NCBI GenBank assembly: GCA_043778225.1 | Contig: JAYWGM010000092.1 | Coordinates: 1 to 64,000, forward strand | DNA length: 64,000 bases | Origin: Deinococcales bacterium | GTDB lineage: Bacteria > Deinococcota > Deinococci > Deinococcales > JAAFIG01 | Direction: 5' to 3' | Shown: positions 28,929-42,342 of the stretch, one piece after another | How positions within the stretch are numbered: the stretch's first letter is position 1 | How the letters are laid out: every line of letters begins with the position of its first letter | Program-made: the position numbers and the translations under genes | The notes under the pieces: generated by a model | What the model saw: only the letters and a program-made list of their open reading frames with translations | The model's database searches: none | What the model was told of the DNA's origin: nothing

Positions 28929-31889
28929 ATGCCAAAGGTGGTCAAGCCGCGCAAAGTTGCGGTCAAGCCAAGTCAAATTTCTGAAATAGAGGTCGTTCCA
29001 AAAACCAAACGGCGCAAACTGGTTGCTCCATTGGTTGAGATTTTGGTGCAGCCTGAACCAGTGCAGCTTGCAGTCCCAAGCGAGCCAGTCAAAAAAGGGC
29101 GACCCAAAAAGGCAGTGGTTAGCCAACCCGAGCCAGAGCCAGTTGTGTTGCTCGAGCCAGAGCCTGTTATTTTGCCCGAGCCAGAGCCAGTTCTCGAGCC
29201 AACTGTGGAAGCTTTACAAAAAGCGCCAGCCAAAACTCGTGGCAGACCCAAAAAAGTTTTGGTTGCGGCAAATCTGCCCGAAGTTGTTAAGCCCAAAGCT
29301 CGAGGTCGGGCTGCCAAACTTGCTGTTGTCATAACTCCAAGTGTTGAACTTCTTGAACCGCTCGAGCCAGCCCGAAATCCTGAAACGCTTGAAGTCATTC
29401 CAGATGCCCCAGTTGCCCCAAAGTTGGTGCGTTTACGGCGTGAAGCTCGAGAACACGTTTTTTCACATCAGGGCGCGTTGTACAACCCATTTGAAGCCTT
29501 GCTTGAGCATTTTCGAGCCACGCCTAGTGGCTTCAACAGCCGCGAGTTGGCGGCAGACCTCGACCAAGCCTTGCTTGACCGCCTTGGTGGACGCAAAGGA
29601 CTCGAGGAAGCGATTGCCAACTTGGAGCGCAGTGGTTATTTGATTGCTCCCAAGCGGGGTATTCACCAATCAAGCCGAGAATTTGTGCCAACCGTCGGGC
29701 GGCTCGAGCTTCGCAGTGATGGTTCTGGCTGGTTTACGCCAGACACGCCGGGTTTGCGTTCGATGTTGATTCCCAAAGGCTCGCTGTTGTTTGCTTGGCA
29801 CGGTGACCGCGTGGTGGCACGTGAATTGCGCCGCAATGGACAAAGCGAAGGCGAAGTTATTCGGGTGCTTGAACGTGCCAGAAATTCTTTGACGGGGACT
29901 TTGGAACACCAGCGCGGCTATGCACTTTTGCGCCCCGACGAAAGCCATTTGCCAAGCATCGCGCTCGAGTCTGATGGGCTCAGTTCAGGAACACGCTTGG
30001 TTGCTACGCTGGTCTACCCAGAAGATTCTGGCGAAGACGAGGCGCTGGCTCGAGTTAAGAATGTGCTGGGCGATGCCAGTTCGCTCGAGTCTGAACGGGC
30101 GGCGGTGATTGCTCGTTTTGGGCTACCCGAGACATTCCCCGAGGTCGCCCAAAAACAAGCCCTAAAACTTGGTTCGATGACTGCCAAAGACCTCAAAGGA
30201 CGAATTGACCTGCGTGGCAAACGGGTTTATGCCCTAAGTGGTCTGGAGATGGCATTGCAAATCGAGCCGCTTGGCAATGGCAATGTGCTTTTGGCAGTCC
30301 ACTATGCCGATGCTGCCCATTGGATAGATGAGGCTACGCCGCTCGAGGCAGCCATGTTTGAGCGCGGTGCAGCCTGTCATTTACAAGGTCAAAACCTAGC
30401 ATTGTTCCCGCAAAACCTGCTTCAGACCATGCAGTTTGTGGTCAATACCGAGCGTTTGGCGCTGTCAGTCTTAATCGAAACCAGCAACACTGGCAATTTA
30501 GTCAACTATGTGGTGCGTCCTAGTGTGATTGGCGTGGTTGGACTTTTGGGCAACGCGACCGAAACAGAACAAGCCCTGATTACCCAAATTGGCGGTTTAG
30601 AAAGCGCTCTGACGCTGGCAACTCGACTTTGCGCCGCCACAATCACTGCTTCGGATGTGATGGCGTTGTACCGTGTGGCTGGCGAAACCAGCCCCGAACT
30701 CCCATCGGCACTTGAGCGCTCGAGTGGTTTTGACCCAGCCAGTGTGGTGATTAAAACCTTGCGTCAAAAATTAACCCAGCCCAGCACCTTAAAAGCCATT
30801 CACTCAGCCACAGCAACCGAAGGGTTAAGCCTCACAAGCCCATTGACTCGAGCGGCTGATTTTATCAACATTCGGATTTTATCGTGGTGCGCTACTAAAC
30901 TCTCGATTCGCAAGCGCCAACAATTGCTCGAAACCTTGCCAAGCCTTGCCACTAATTTGGCGCGTCTCGAGCAACGGGCATTGGCTAGCGAACAGAACCT
31001 CGAACAATTTCGGGCTATTCAAAATCTCACCCAAACCTATCCTCTGCGCGGTGTGGTGGTTGCGATTAACGAATTTGCCCTCGAAATCGTTCTCGAGAAT
31101 GGTGCAGTTGGTCAATTAGCGCTCGAAGATTTGGGTGAAGAAGCCACCTATTCGCCTAACCAATGGAAAACCCGTCTCGGCAGGGTCTTTAAGCCGGGTA
31201 GCATCGTGCGTGTGGTCGTAGAAAAAACCCGACCCGCCACCCGCGAGGCACAACTTGCCTTGCATCAAAAGGAGTCCCATATGAGCAGATTGCGCCGCCG
31301 TAAACCGGGCGCAAACGCCAGCAGCACCACCCCAGGTGTAAAGCCGAGCGTAGGCAAAACAGTAGCTCGTCGTGGTGTGGTTGTTTTAGGCAACCGCCCC
31401 CGAGCCGAATATCCGCGTCCCGTCCGAATTACCGCCCGTAAATTGTATTTTGGTGAATGGAGCAAAGAGCGCTTTGCCGAACTCGAGGGCGACAACCCCG
31501 AATTTGAGATGGCACGCCCAGCCCCACGCCCAAATCGTCCACTGCCCAAAGGTAATGCCGAAGTGCGAGGCAACCGTCCGCACGAACCGCGTCCGCCTCG
31601 CCCGCCCCAAGCCAATCAGCCCCGCCCCGAGGCAGCGCCAGCCGCTCAGCCGCGCCGTGCGCCCCACCCCCATGCTGCCCAACCAGACACAGCCCGCAAC
31701 TCGAGAATCGAAGCCCTGCGCCAACGCCAGATGCAAGCCCTCGAGCGCAATGCCAACCGCGCCCAGAGCGCCCCAGCCCCAGTCACTGCTGTAATCCCAG
31801 TCGCCCTCGAGACCAGCGAAGCCAGCCCTGTCAACAGCAAACCCGCCTACCGCTCACGCCGTCGCCCAAACCGTACTTCAGCCGCTTAA
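28929..31889 (+). CDS. RNase R-like protein with degenerate catalytic RNB domain
   Basis: CSD-like 'AWHGDRVVAR..GEVIRVLER', 'RIDLR', 'AVHYAD', 'TSPLTRAAD', S1-like end; the DxxDD catalytic motif is missing. Confidence 0.75.
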   Translation: MPKVVKPRKVAVKPSQISEIEVVPKTKRRKLVAPLVEILVQPEPVQLAVPSEPVKKGRPKKAVVSQPEPEPVVLLEPEPVILPEPEPVLEPTVEALQKAPAKTRGRPKKVLVAANLPEVVKPKARGRAAKLAVVITPSVELLEPLEPARNPETLEVIPDAPVAPKLVRLRREAREHVFSHQGALYNPFEALLEHFRATPSGFNSRELAADLDQALLDRLGGRKGLEEAIANLERSGYLIAPKRGIHQSSREFVPTVGRLELRSDGSGWFTPDTPGLRSMLIPKGSLLFAWHGDRVVARELRRNGQSEGEVIRVLERARNSLTGTLEHQRGYALLRPDESHLPSIALESDGLSSGTRLVATLVYPEDSGEDEALARVKNVLGDASSLESERAAVIARFGLPETFPEVAQKQALKLGSMTAKDLKGRIDLRGKRVYALSGLEMALQIEPLGNGNVLLAVHYADAAHWIDEATPLEAAMFERGAACHLQGQNLALFPQNLLQTMQFVVNTERLALSVLIETSNTGNLVNYVVRPSVIGVVGLLGNATETEQALITQIGGLESALTLATRLCAATITASDVMALYRVAGETSPELPSALERSSGFDPASVVIKTLRQKLTQPSTLKAIHSATATEGLSLTSPLTRAADFINIRILSWCATKLSIRKRQQLLETLPSLATNLARLEQRALASEQNLEQFRAIQNLTQTYPLRGVVVAINEFALEIVLENGAVGQLALEDLGEEATYSPNQWKTRLGRVFKPGSIVRVVVEKTRPATREAQLALHQKESHMSRLRRRKPGANASSTTPGVKPSVGKTVARRGVVVLGNRPRAEYPRPVRITARKLYFGEWSKERFAELEGDNPEFEMARPAPRPNRPLPKGNAEVRGNRPHEPRPPRPPQANQPRPEAAPAAQPRRAPHPHAAQPDTARNSRIEALRQRQMQALERNANRAQSAPAPVTAVIPVALETSEASPVNSKPAYRSRRRPNRTSAA

Positions 31890-31896
31890 AGTGGTC

Positions 31897-31931
31897 AAAT
31901 GACAAACACCAAGTTGGTGTTTGTCATTTTT
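31897..31931. terminator. Bidirectional terminator
   Basis: AAATGACAAACACCA/TGGTGTTTGTCATTTTT. Confidence 0.8.
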
Positions 31932-31946
31932 AATTTTGGGATAGAT

Positions 31947-32483
31947 TTAGCTTTTTTTCTTTATGGTTTTCTCAACAGTGCGTAACACTTCACGCCAGTC
32001 TATGTTTTTCGCCAGTTGTTTGCCCTGCTCGAGCAGTGTTTGGTTGAGTTGGTTCTCGAGTGGTGGCAATTCTGGTCGTCGGGCGCGAAAATAGCGCTCT
32101 GCCACAGCCCCCAAAGCAAAAGTGCTGGCGTAGACCATCGGGGTATTTAGAACCATGCCCAAGACTGGAATGGCTTTTAAGGCGCTTCTCGAGGCAATGC
32201 GGCTGGCATAACTCAGTGCCACCGTACCCGCCAACTCGAGCGCGATTTCTTTGGCACGTTCTTTGGTCAGCGCAAAGCCATAAATCTCGCCGATTTCCCA
32301 AACCATTTTGATGTGCAACGGCAAAATCACGGCTAGGTCCAAAAATGGCACTGGCTCGAGCGAAATTCCCGCGCACCAGAGGGCGCGTTGCTGAATCAGG
32401 CGCTGGCTTTCTTGGTGTTCTTGGCTGCCAGTAGCGATATTCAGCACCGTGACTTTTTGGTCGTAAAGCTCGAGTTCATTCAT
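31947..32483 (-). CDS. DUF697/YcjF-like protein
   Basis: PVPFLDLAVILPLHIKMVWEIGEIYG. Confidence 0.75.
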   Translation of the reverse strand: MNELELYDQKVTVLNIATGSQEHQESQRLIQQRALWCAGISLEPVPFLDLAVILPLHIKMVWEIGEIYGFALTKERAKEIALELAGTVALSYASRIASRSALKAIPVLGMVLNTPMVYASTFALGAVAERYFRARRPELPPLENQLNQTLLEQGKQLAKNIDWREVLRTVEKTIKKKS

Positions 32484-32532
32484 AATTCTATATTACGCGC
32501 CCAAAGCCAGATGAGTTGCAAGTCTCTACAAC

Positions 32533-32877
32533 TTAAATTTCTTTATCGTCTGGGGTTGGAGGGGCTGCGCCGACTTGAATCAGCATCGCAATGGCAATCA
32601 TGCTCAGACCAGCCACCGCCAAAGCCGGAAAAGGACTGCCTTGAATCATCCGAATCATAAAAAAGATTGCTAAAAAGCCACTGACCGCAAAGCCAAGTGG
32701 ACGCGCCCATTTTGCTTCTTGGGCGAGACCATAGCCAGATAAAGCGGCAAGGCTACCAAAAATTCCACCAGTCACCAAAGAAATCAGGCTGCCCGAAGTC
32801 ATCAGCCCAATAAACCCAGCAATCAGCACCACCACGCCGTAGAGCATCATGTATCTGGCGGGAGTAATTTTTTTCAT
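32533..32877 (-). CDS. TMEM14-family membrane protein
   Basis: YGVVVLIAGFIG...GSLISLVTGGIFG; four TM segments. Confidence 0.75.
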   Translation of the reverse strand: MKKITPARYMMLYGVVVLIAGFIGLMTSGSLISLVTGGIFGSLAALSGYGLAQEAKWARPLGFAVSGFLAIFFMIRMIQGSPFPALAVAGLSMIAIAMLIQVGAAPPTPDDKEI

Positions 32878-34079
32878 GGTGTCTCGATCTGTTTAATTGC
32901 GGCTTCGAGCAAGGGGTCAGTGCCTTTGGTCAGGGCTTGGAGGTCGTCCTTGATGGCTAAATCTGGAATTATTTTCTCTAATAAAGGTTCTTCGGAAGGG
33001 TATAAATGGCGAATCACCGCCAAACGCAATTCGCTGCCCTCGAGTAAACGCAATGGTAGGGTCGCATATTTTGAACGTCCAGCCGTGGATTCACCAATAA
33101 ATTTGGTGTACGAAGCCCGTTGCCACGCCAAGCCCATGACTTCGGCAGCACTCGAGGTCTGGTTATTGACCAAGACAACCACTTTGCCCGTAAATACACT
33201 TGGAAACTCGAGTGTAACTTTGTTGCTGTTGCCAATTGCCTCGAGCATCCCATTTTTTAAGGTATAGGTCAGAATGCCAACTCTGGAGCGCATTTTAAGC
33301 ACTTCACCTTGGAAAAAAGCACTCAGTGTTAGCAGCGTTTCGTCAAGGTAGCCACCGGTGTTGAAGCGCAAATCTAAAACCAAACTTTTTGCACCGCGAG
33401 ACACCAAATTCGAGAGCAAATTATGGACTTTTTGGGCTGTGCCAATGGCTTTGAAACTTGGAATACGAACATAGGCTGTGCCATGCTCGAGTAATTTTCC
33501 TTCTGGACTCAGTAGCCCCATCAGCAACCCCGAAGCTGGAACAACTGTTAAATCAAAAACTTGCCCAGCCCGCTCGAGCCGTAACACCACAGGTGTGGCA
33601 TCTGGAAAAGTGTTTTGTGAAACCGACCACGGCTTATTTTCGCGGCTCATGCTTAGGATTTTATCGCCGCGCTTGAGACCCATTTCTGCCGCACTCGAGC
33701 CAGCCAATACACGATAAACAATGTTCTCGCGCAATTCTATGCCAAGCCCAAAGCGGGTATCCAGACTGGCATCGCCAAGTTGCTCGAGTCGAATGCGCTC
33801 AAGGTCTGGCAGCGCCACAAAGCTCGAACTGGCATCGAGGTTTTGGGTGATGCGTTTGAGGTCATCATAGATTTTGATTGCAGCGCAAGTTGCTTCTGTG
33901 CCACAGCGTTCTTGCAAGGCGTTTTGGACTCGGGTTTTAAGGCTACTGACATCGAGCGTATCAGCATCCACATGGTATTCGGTCACAAACTCGAGGTATT
34001 GTTTGACCAAATCACTGGCAGGCGAAGCCGCCGCCACCGAGCCGAATAAAAACCAGACCAGAAAGAAAATTTTGAACAT
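32874..34079 (-). CDS. S41 C-terminal processing peptidase (PDZ + protease)
   Basis: AYVRIPSF, LDLRFNTGG, TSSAAE. Confidence 0.88.
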   Translation of the reverse strand: MFKIFFLVWFLFGSVAAASPASDLVKQYLEFVTEYHVDADTLDVSSLKTRVQNALQERCGTEATCAAIKIYDDLKRITQNLDASSSFVALPDLERIRLEQLGDASLDTRFGLGIELRENIVYRVLAGSSAAEMGLKRGDKILSMSRENKPWSVSQNTFPDATPVVLRLERAGQVFDLTVVPASGLLMGLLSPEGKLLEHGTAYVRIPSFKAIGTAQKVHNLLSNLVSRGAKSLVLDLRFNTGGYLDETLLTLSAFFQGEVLKMRSRVGILTYTLKNGMLEAIGNSNKVTLEFPSVFTGKVVVLVNNQTSSAAEVMGLAWQRASYTKFIGESTAGRSKYATLPLRLLEGSELRLAVIRHLYPSEEPLLEKIIPDLAIKDDLQALTKGTDPLLEAAIKQIETP

Positions 34080-34134
34080 CGTGCGCCTATTCTGCCCTAA
34101 AACCAGGCTCGACTCAAGAGGGTAGACTTATTCT

Positions 34135-34833
34135 ATGCTCGAGGACACTTGGAATCTAGTTCGATTAGGCTTAGGCGCATTGTCGCGCCCTGCGGTTCAG
34201 GTACTCAATACCAGCCAATTTGAAATGACTGCCGCAGTGGCACTTGAACTGGCAAAAGATGGTCACTTTAAGCGCTTATCTCAAGCTAAATTTGTCGTTC
34301 CAGCCGACCGAAACGAGGCTCGAGCCTTTTGGATGAACCTTTATAATGCCCAGACTCTGCACGCCATGCAGCAAGCCCAAATTAAGGATACGGTGCTTGA
34401 ATCGTTGGGCTTTTATGCTCGGTTTGCTTATTTGGTCAATGGCTTGGTTTTTAGCCTTAACGACATCGAACATGGTGTGCTGCGTGAAAATCGGGCTGGT
34501 TTAGGCAGAATGCCCTTTGCCAAGACCGACCCCCGAGCCGCCTATACCTTGCCACTCGAGCCTCGAATTCATTTTGCGCTCAATTGTGGAGCGCTGTCTT
34601 GTCCGCCAATTCGGGTCTATGTCGGCAGTCAACTCGAGGCACAGCTTGAACTTGCGACCGCCAGTTATTTGCAAGATTGTCGGCTCGAGAACAACGTCGT
34701 CTGGTTGCCAAGGCTTTTATCGTATTACCCACACGATTTTGGGCAGCCACTCGAGTTTGTACGGCGTTATCGCTCAGACTTACCAGCCACGGCTCGAGTT
34801 AAGTATTTGCCGTATTCTTGGAAAAAACTTTAG
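34135..34833 (+). CDS. DUF547 domain protein
   Basis: AFWMNLYNA, SLNDIEHGVLR, RIHFALNCGALSCPP. Confidence 0.9.
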   Translation: MLEDTWNLVRLGLGALSRPAVQVLNTSQFEMTAAVALELAKDGHFKRLSQAKFVVPADRNEARAFWMNLYNAQTLHAMQQAQIKDTVLESLGFYARFAYLVNGLVFSLNDIEHGVLRENRAGLGRMPFAKTDPRAAYTLPLEPRIHFALNCGALSCPPIRVYVGSQLEAQLELATASYLQDCRLENNVVWLPRLLSYYPHDFGQPLEFVRRYRSDLPATARVKYLPYSWKKL

Positions 34834-34878
34834 TATTGTCACAAAAATGTCATCTCAACTTTCATAAAAAGCCCTACA

Positions 34879-35619
34879 ATGATATTCACCGTGAAAGCCA
34901 TTCTCGAGACCGTTTCACACGATAAGTGCCATGTCATTCATGACCTTGCGGCTGCCAGTTTTTTGACTGACCCCCGCACCAGTGTGTTGATAGAGCCATT
35001 TATTGAGCAAGAAAGCACGATTACGGGTGCAGCCGAGCGGGTTGGAATCTCGAGTTTACGAATGTTTCGGGCGGTGCAGCGCATGGAAAACCTTGGTTTG
35101 ATTCGGGTCTCCAAAGCCACCCCTCGGCGCGGACGACCCCAAAAGCACTATCGGGCGGTGGCAGACCGATTTTTTGTGCCGTACAACACCATCAGTTCGG
35201 ACACCCTCGAGGACTTTTTACTCGAGCAAGATGACCGTGTGCGCCGGGTGTTGTTTCGTTGCCTAGCCGCCCATATGCACGAAATTCTAGGCGATGAATC
35301 CCAACCCGGACGGGTGATTCGCCGTGCGGCTGGCACACTCGAGCAAATCGGCAGAATCGAAGCCTATTCGGTGGCAAACTTAGGCGAAGCCAATGCCGAG
35401 AAGCCCAAGCCGCTCCTCTCGAGTGAACACAGCCTAGGCTGGAGCGATTATGCTGCCCTGACGCTTGACCGTGAATCGGCACTCGAGTTGCGCCGCGAAT
35501 TGACGACCCTGTTTGCCAAGTACGCTAAGCCGCGTGGCAAGCAACAATTCTTGTTTCGCAGTGGGCTAACCCCAGTCCGTGAATCGCTGGCAGATTTGCT
35601 TGATAAACCTAAACGGTAG
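34879..35619 (+). CDS. Winged-helix DNA-binding protein
   Basis: TITGAAERVG...GLIRV...RRGRPQKHYRA; start could be GTG 34891. Confidence 0.65.
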   Translation: MIFTVKAILETVSHDKCHVIHDLAAASFLTDPRTSVLIEPFIEQESTITGAAERVGISSLRMFRAVQRMENLGLIRVSKATPRRGRPQKHYRAVADRFFVPYNTISSDTLEDFLLEQDDRVRRVLFRCLAAHMHEILGDESQPGRVIRRAAGTLEQIGRIEAYSVANLGEANAEKPKPLLSSEHSLGWSDYAALTLDRESALELRRELTTLFAKYAKPRGKQQFLFRSGLTPVRESLADLLDKPKR

Positions 35620-35717
35620 ATTGTCGGTCTGCCAAAGTACGTTATTCTCAGAATTCTGGCAGTACAATACCAGAGCTGACGCTACTAAAGCGTCTTGAAT
35701 TTTGGAGGAAAACGCTA

Positions 35718-36080
35718 ATGGGTAAATATATCAACTTAACCGACGCTGATTTTGAACAACAAATCTCGAGTGGCTTAACCCTTGTGGATTTTTGGGCAGA
35801 ATGGTGTCCGCCGTGCAAAGCCGTTGCACCGACCATCGAAAAACTGGCAGAAGAATACGAAGGGCAGGTCACTGTCGCTAAAATGGACATTGACTCAAAT
35901 CAGCAGACTCCCCCAAAATTTCGTATTATGAGTATCCCGACAGTGATTCTGTTTAAGGATGGTCAGCCTGTAGAATTTTATACAGGCGCGGACATGAGCG
36001 GCAATAAATACCGTGCCATGATTGCTAAGCACAACATCGTCAGCCCAGCCACTGAAAAAACCTTGCAGCCCACAGCTTAG
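35718..36080 (+). CDS. trxA: Thioredoxin
   Basis: VDFWAEWCPPCK, SIPT. Confidence 0.92.
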   Translation: MGKYINLTDADFEQQISSGLTLVDFWAEWCPPCKAVAPTIEKLAEEYEGQVTVAKMDIDSNQQTPPKFRIMSIPTVILFKDGQPVEFYTGADMSGNKYRAMIAKHNIVSPATEKTLQPTA

Positions 36081-36088
36081 GCTCGAGC

Positions 36089-36583
36089 CTAGAAAGTCCT
36101 TCCAGACTTATACTCTGGAAGGTTTTCTTTTGGTTGGTGCAGCACTTCTTGCAGTTCCTCGAGCCAAAAAGGTTCTCGAATCAGGCTTCTGGCAGCTTGA
36201 AAGATGATCGTTTGTGGTTTGCTGTGTTCATCGAGATACTTGATATAAACGGTCTTTGGTCGGGTGATACTCGATAACTTGGTTGTCTGAATCGTGATAA
36301 TGTTCTGAAAACGAATGGTTTTTTGTAACCCAAGGCGCGAAATGACAAACGACTGTTTACCGCGCTGAACGTGATAAAGACTGAATGTGTACCAAAGTGC
36401 ATAGATTGCGATGACGCTAAAAATAGCCACCATAAACCAACGCTCTTGTGGTGTTGCTAAACGCCTCAATACCCCACGCCCAGTGGTTAGGGCTGGAGAT
36501 GTGGCAAAATAAATGGTCAGTGCCAGAAATCCAAAGCCAATCAGTCTTAAAAAGTCGGTCAGGCGAGTCGAAATTCTTTGCAT
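36089..36583 (-). CDS. Hypothetical membrane protein
   Basis: Two TM segments; TACAGT-6 nt-ATG. Confidence 0.6.
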   Translation of the reverse strand: MQRISTRLTDFLRLIGFGFLALTIYFATSPALTTGRGVLRRLATPQERWFMVAIFSVIAIYALWYTFSLYHVQRGKQSFVISRLGLQKTIRFQNIITIQTTKLSSITRPKTVYIKYLDEHSKPQTIIFQAARSLIREPFWLEELQEVLHQPKENLPEYKSGRTF

Positions 36584-36609
36584 GACCACACTGTAGCAAC
36601 AAAAAGTTA

Positions 36610-40079
<3,470 letters not shown>

Positions 40080-40083
<4 letters not shown>

Positions 40084-40364
40084 GTCAAATTAAATTGGAT
40101 GTCAAAGTTGTCCTAAATGATCAACATTGGGTTCAAGCTCCAAATGGCGATGTCTTGTACATGATGAATGTTAAAACGGGCAAATACTTGTACCTGAACG
40201 AAGTTGCCACTGAAATTTGGCGGCATATTAAAACCCCAATTACGGTTCAAGAAATCTGCTTAAAACTCGAGGCGGCTTTTGATGTGGATGCAGCCCAGTG
40301 CCAAAATGAAGTGATTGGTTTTTTGAATAAACTCAAGCAAGAAGGCAATCTCGAGATTTGCTAA
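40080..40364 (+). CDS. Lasso peptide RRE / PqqD-family protein (B1)
   Basis: GKYLYLNEVATEIW...TVQEIC..L...FDVD...C..EV..FL..L. Confidence 0.9.
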
Positions 40365-42287
40365 ATGAGTGGAATTTACGGGGTGGTGCGTTTTGATGGT
40401 AAACCCATTAACCAAGACTTGGCTGCCATGCAAGCGGCAATGGCGCATTGGGGAATGGACGGGCATAGACACTGGCTGGATGACTCAGTGGCATTTGGAC
40501 AGGCATTACTAAAAACCACGCCAGAAGCCAGTTTTGAACAGTTACCAAGGTTGGTCTGTGGTGGGACGGCTGTTTTAACGGCGGCGGCTCGGCTTGATAA
40601 TCGGGTTGAATTAGCCAAAGAATTGGGTTTAGACCTAAGTCAACAAGTTATTACCGCCGATGGAACTTTGGTGGCACTGTCTTTTGAAAAATGGGGTCAG
40701 GATTGCGTGCATCGGTTGCTTGGCGATTGGGCTTTTGCGGTTTGGAATAAGAATCAGCGCAGTCTTTTTTTGGCTCGAGACCATTTTGGGAACACTGGAC
40801 TGCATTTTTGTTTGTGGCAGGATGGTTTTGCTTTTTCTTCAGGCATTGAAGGGATTCTTGCACTAGAGGATGTTCAGCCAAAAATCAATCAGCCACGAAT
40901 TGTTGCGTTGCTGACTTTGGCAGTAGAAGATAGCTCGAGTACCTATTACGAAAATATTTTCCGCTTAGAAACAGCCCATAGCCTAACTTTGCAAAATCAG
41001 AAACTGCATTTTAAACGGTACTGGAAACTCGAGGAAACACCGCAACTTAAATTGGGTTCAGATGCCGAGTATGTTGAAGCATTTGTCTCCATTTACAAAA
41101 CAGCCGTCCATGACCGAATGCGCTCGAGTCGTCCAATTGCCAGTACCCTTTCGGCTGGGCTGGATTCTGGGGCGGTCACGGCATTTGCCGCCGAGTTGTT
41201 GCGTGGGCGCGGTCAAGAACTGACCGCGTTTACTTCTGTGCCAGTGTACCCAACCTTTGATTTGGTGCAACGTGGAATTGCCAATGAATGGGATTTGGCG
41301 CATCAGTCGGCACAATGGATTGGCAATGTCAAACACATGGCTTTACCTGCCGATAATTGGACACCACTGGCTGGTATTCGGCAAGCAACAAAAATTCTGC
41401 AAGAACCCGAATTTGCGACTGGCAACAGTTACTGGATTCAAGCCTTGTTATCAGAACTTCGTCAGCAAGGTTTTGGGGTTTTACTGACAGGGCAGTGCGG
41501 AAACTTAGCCGCTTCTTGGGAAGGTGGTATGTACCGTACTTGGTCGGCTTTGCGTCAAGGTCAGCTTGGGTTAGTGTTTGGGCAGTTGCGTTCTGGGGCA
41601 ATACAACGCCATTCTTGGACTCGAGCCGTGCTGGGTGAAATTGCCAAACCCGCTTTTTTATCGCTTCAAGCCCATTGGCTACAATTGACTCGAGCGCCAC
41701 AAAAACCGTATTGGACTAAACATTCGGTGATTTCACCAATTCTGGTGCATCAACTTAAACTTCTCGAGCCAAGCCAATATAAATTTAGTATTTCAGAGCA
41801 ACCTTTTTTGTATTCGGTTAAGCAGCAATTACGGCAAGTTGTTTCTATTCCGACTCGACTAGGGGCGACTTGGCACACCATGGGAGCAGGCTATGGACTC
41901 GAGGTGCGTGACCCAACGATGGACAAACGCTTACTCGAATTTTGTTTTTCAATTCCGCTAGGGCAGTTTTCTGGCGCGGGTCATGACCGTTGGCTGATGC
42001 GTCGGGCTGTGCAGGGTCTATTACCGCCAGCCGTACAATGGAACACCAAGCGTGGTCAGCAAGGAAAAGACATTGGGCAACGGCTTTTGGCTTCTCGAGA
42101 TGAGGTCGAAGAATTGCTGGAGCGTTTAAGCTCGAGTCAGAGTACAAGGTATTTGAATGTTCATAAAGTAAAAAATGCTTGGATTCGTTTGCAGCAAGAA
42201 CAAGTCAATCCCGCTCAGGAAGACGGAATTATGATTTTGGGGGCTTTGGGTTTGGGGTTGTTTTTAGAACAGGCAGAGATACGATAA
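40365..42287 (+). CDS. Lasso cyclase (asparagine synthetase-like, C)
   Basis: MSGIYG without Cys1, RLDNR, ARDHFG, LSAGLDSG, LLTGQ.G, RDPTMDKRL. Confidence 0.9.
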   Translation: MSGIYGVVRFDGKPINQDLAAMQAAMAHWGMDGHRHWLDDSVAFGQALLKTTPEASFEQLPRLVCGGTAVLTAAARLDNRVELAKELGLDLSQQVITADGTLVALSFEKWGQDCVHRLLGDWAFAVWNKNQRSLFLARDHFGNTGLHFCLWQDGFAFSSGIEGILALEDVQPKINQPRIVALLTLAVEDSSSTYYENIFRLETAHSLTLQNQKLHFKRYWKLEETPQLKLGSDAEYVEAFVSIYKTAVHDRMRSSRPIASTLSAGLDSGAVTAFAAELLRGRGQELTAFTSVPVYPTFDLVQRGIANEWDLAHQSAQWIGNVKHMALPADNWTPLAGIRQATKILQEPEFATGNSYWIQALLSELRQQGFGVLLTGQCGNLAASWEGGMYRTWSALRQGQLGLVFGQLRSGAIQRHSWTRAVLGEIAKPAFLSLQAHWLQLTRAPQKPYWTKHSVISPILVHQLKLLEPSQYKFSISEQPFLYSVKQQLRQVVSIPTRLGATWHTMGAGYGLEVRDPTMDKRLLEFCFSIPLGQFSGAGHDRWLMRRAVQGLLPPAVQWNTKRGQQGKDIGQRLLASRDEVEELLERLSSSQSTRYLNVHKVKNAWIRLQQEQVNPAQEDGIMILGALGLGLFLEQAEIR

Positions 42288-42288
42288 A

Positions 42289-42318
42289 TTGCCGTGCCAA
42301 AGGTTTTTTGTGTATAAT
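42289..42318 (+). promoter_or_regulatory. Putative internal promoter for the precursor gene
   Basis: TTGCCG-18 bp-TATAAT, then SD AAGGAG at 42329. Confidence 0.45.
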
Positions 42319-42342
42319 GAAACCTATCAAGGAGAAATAGTA

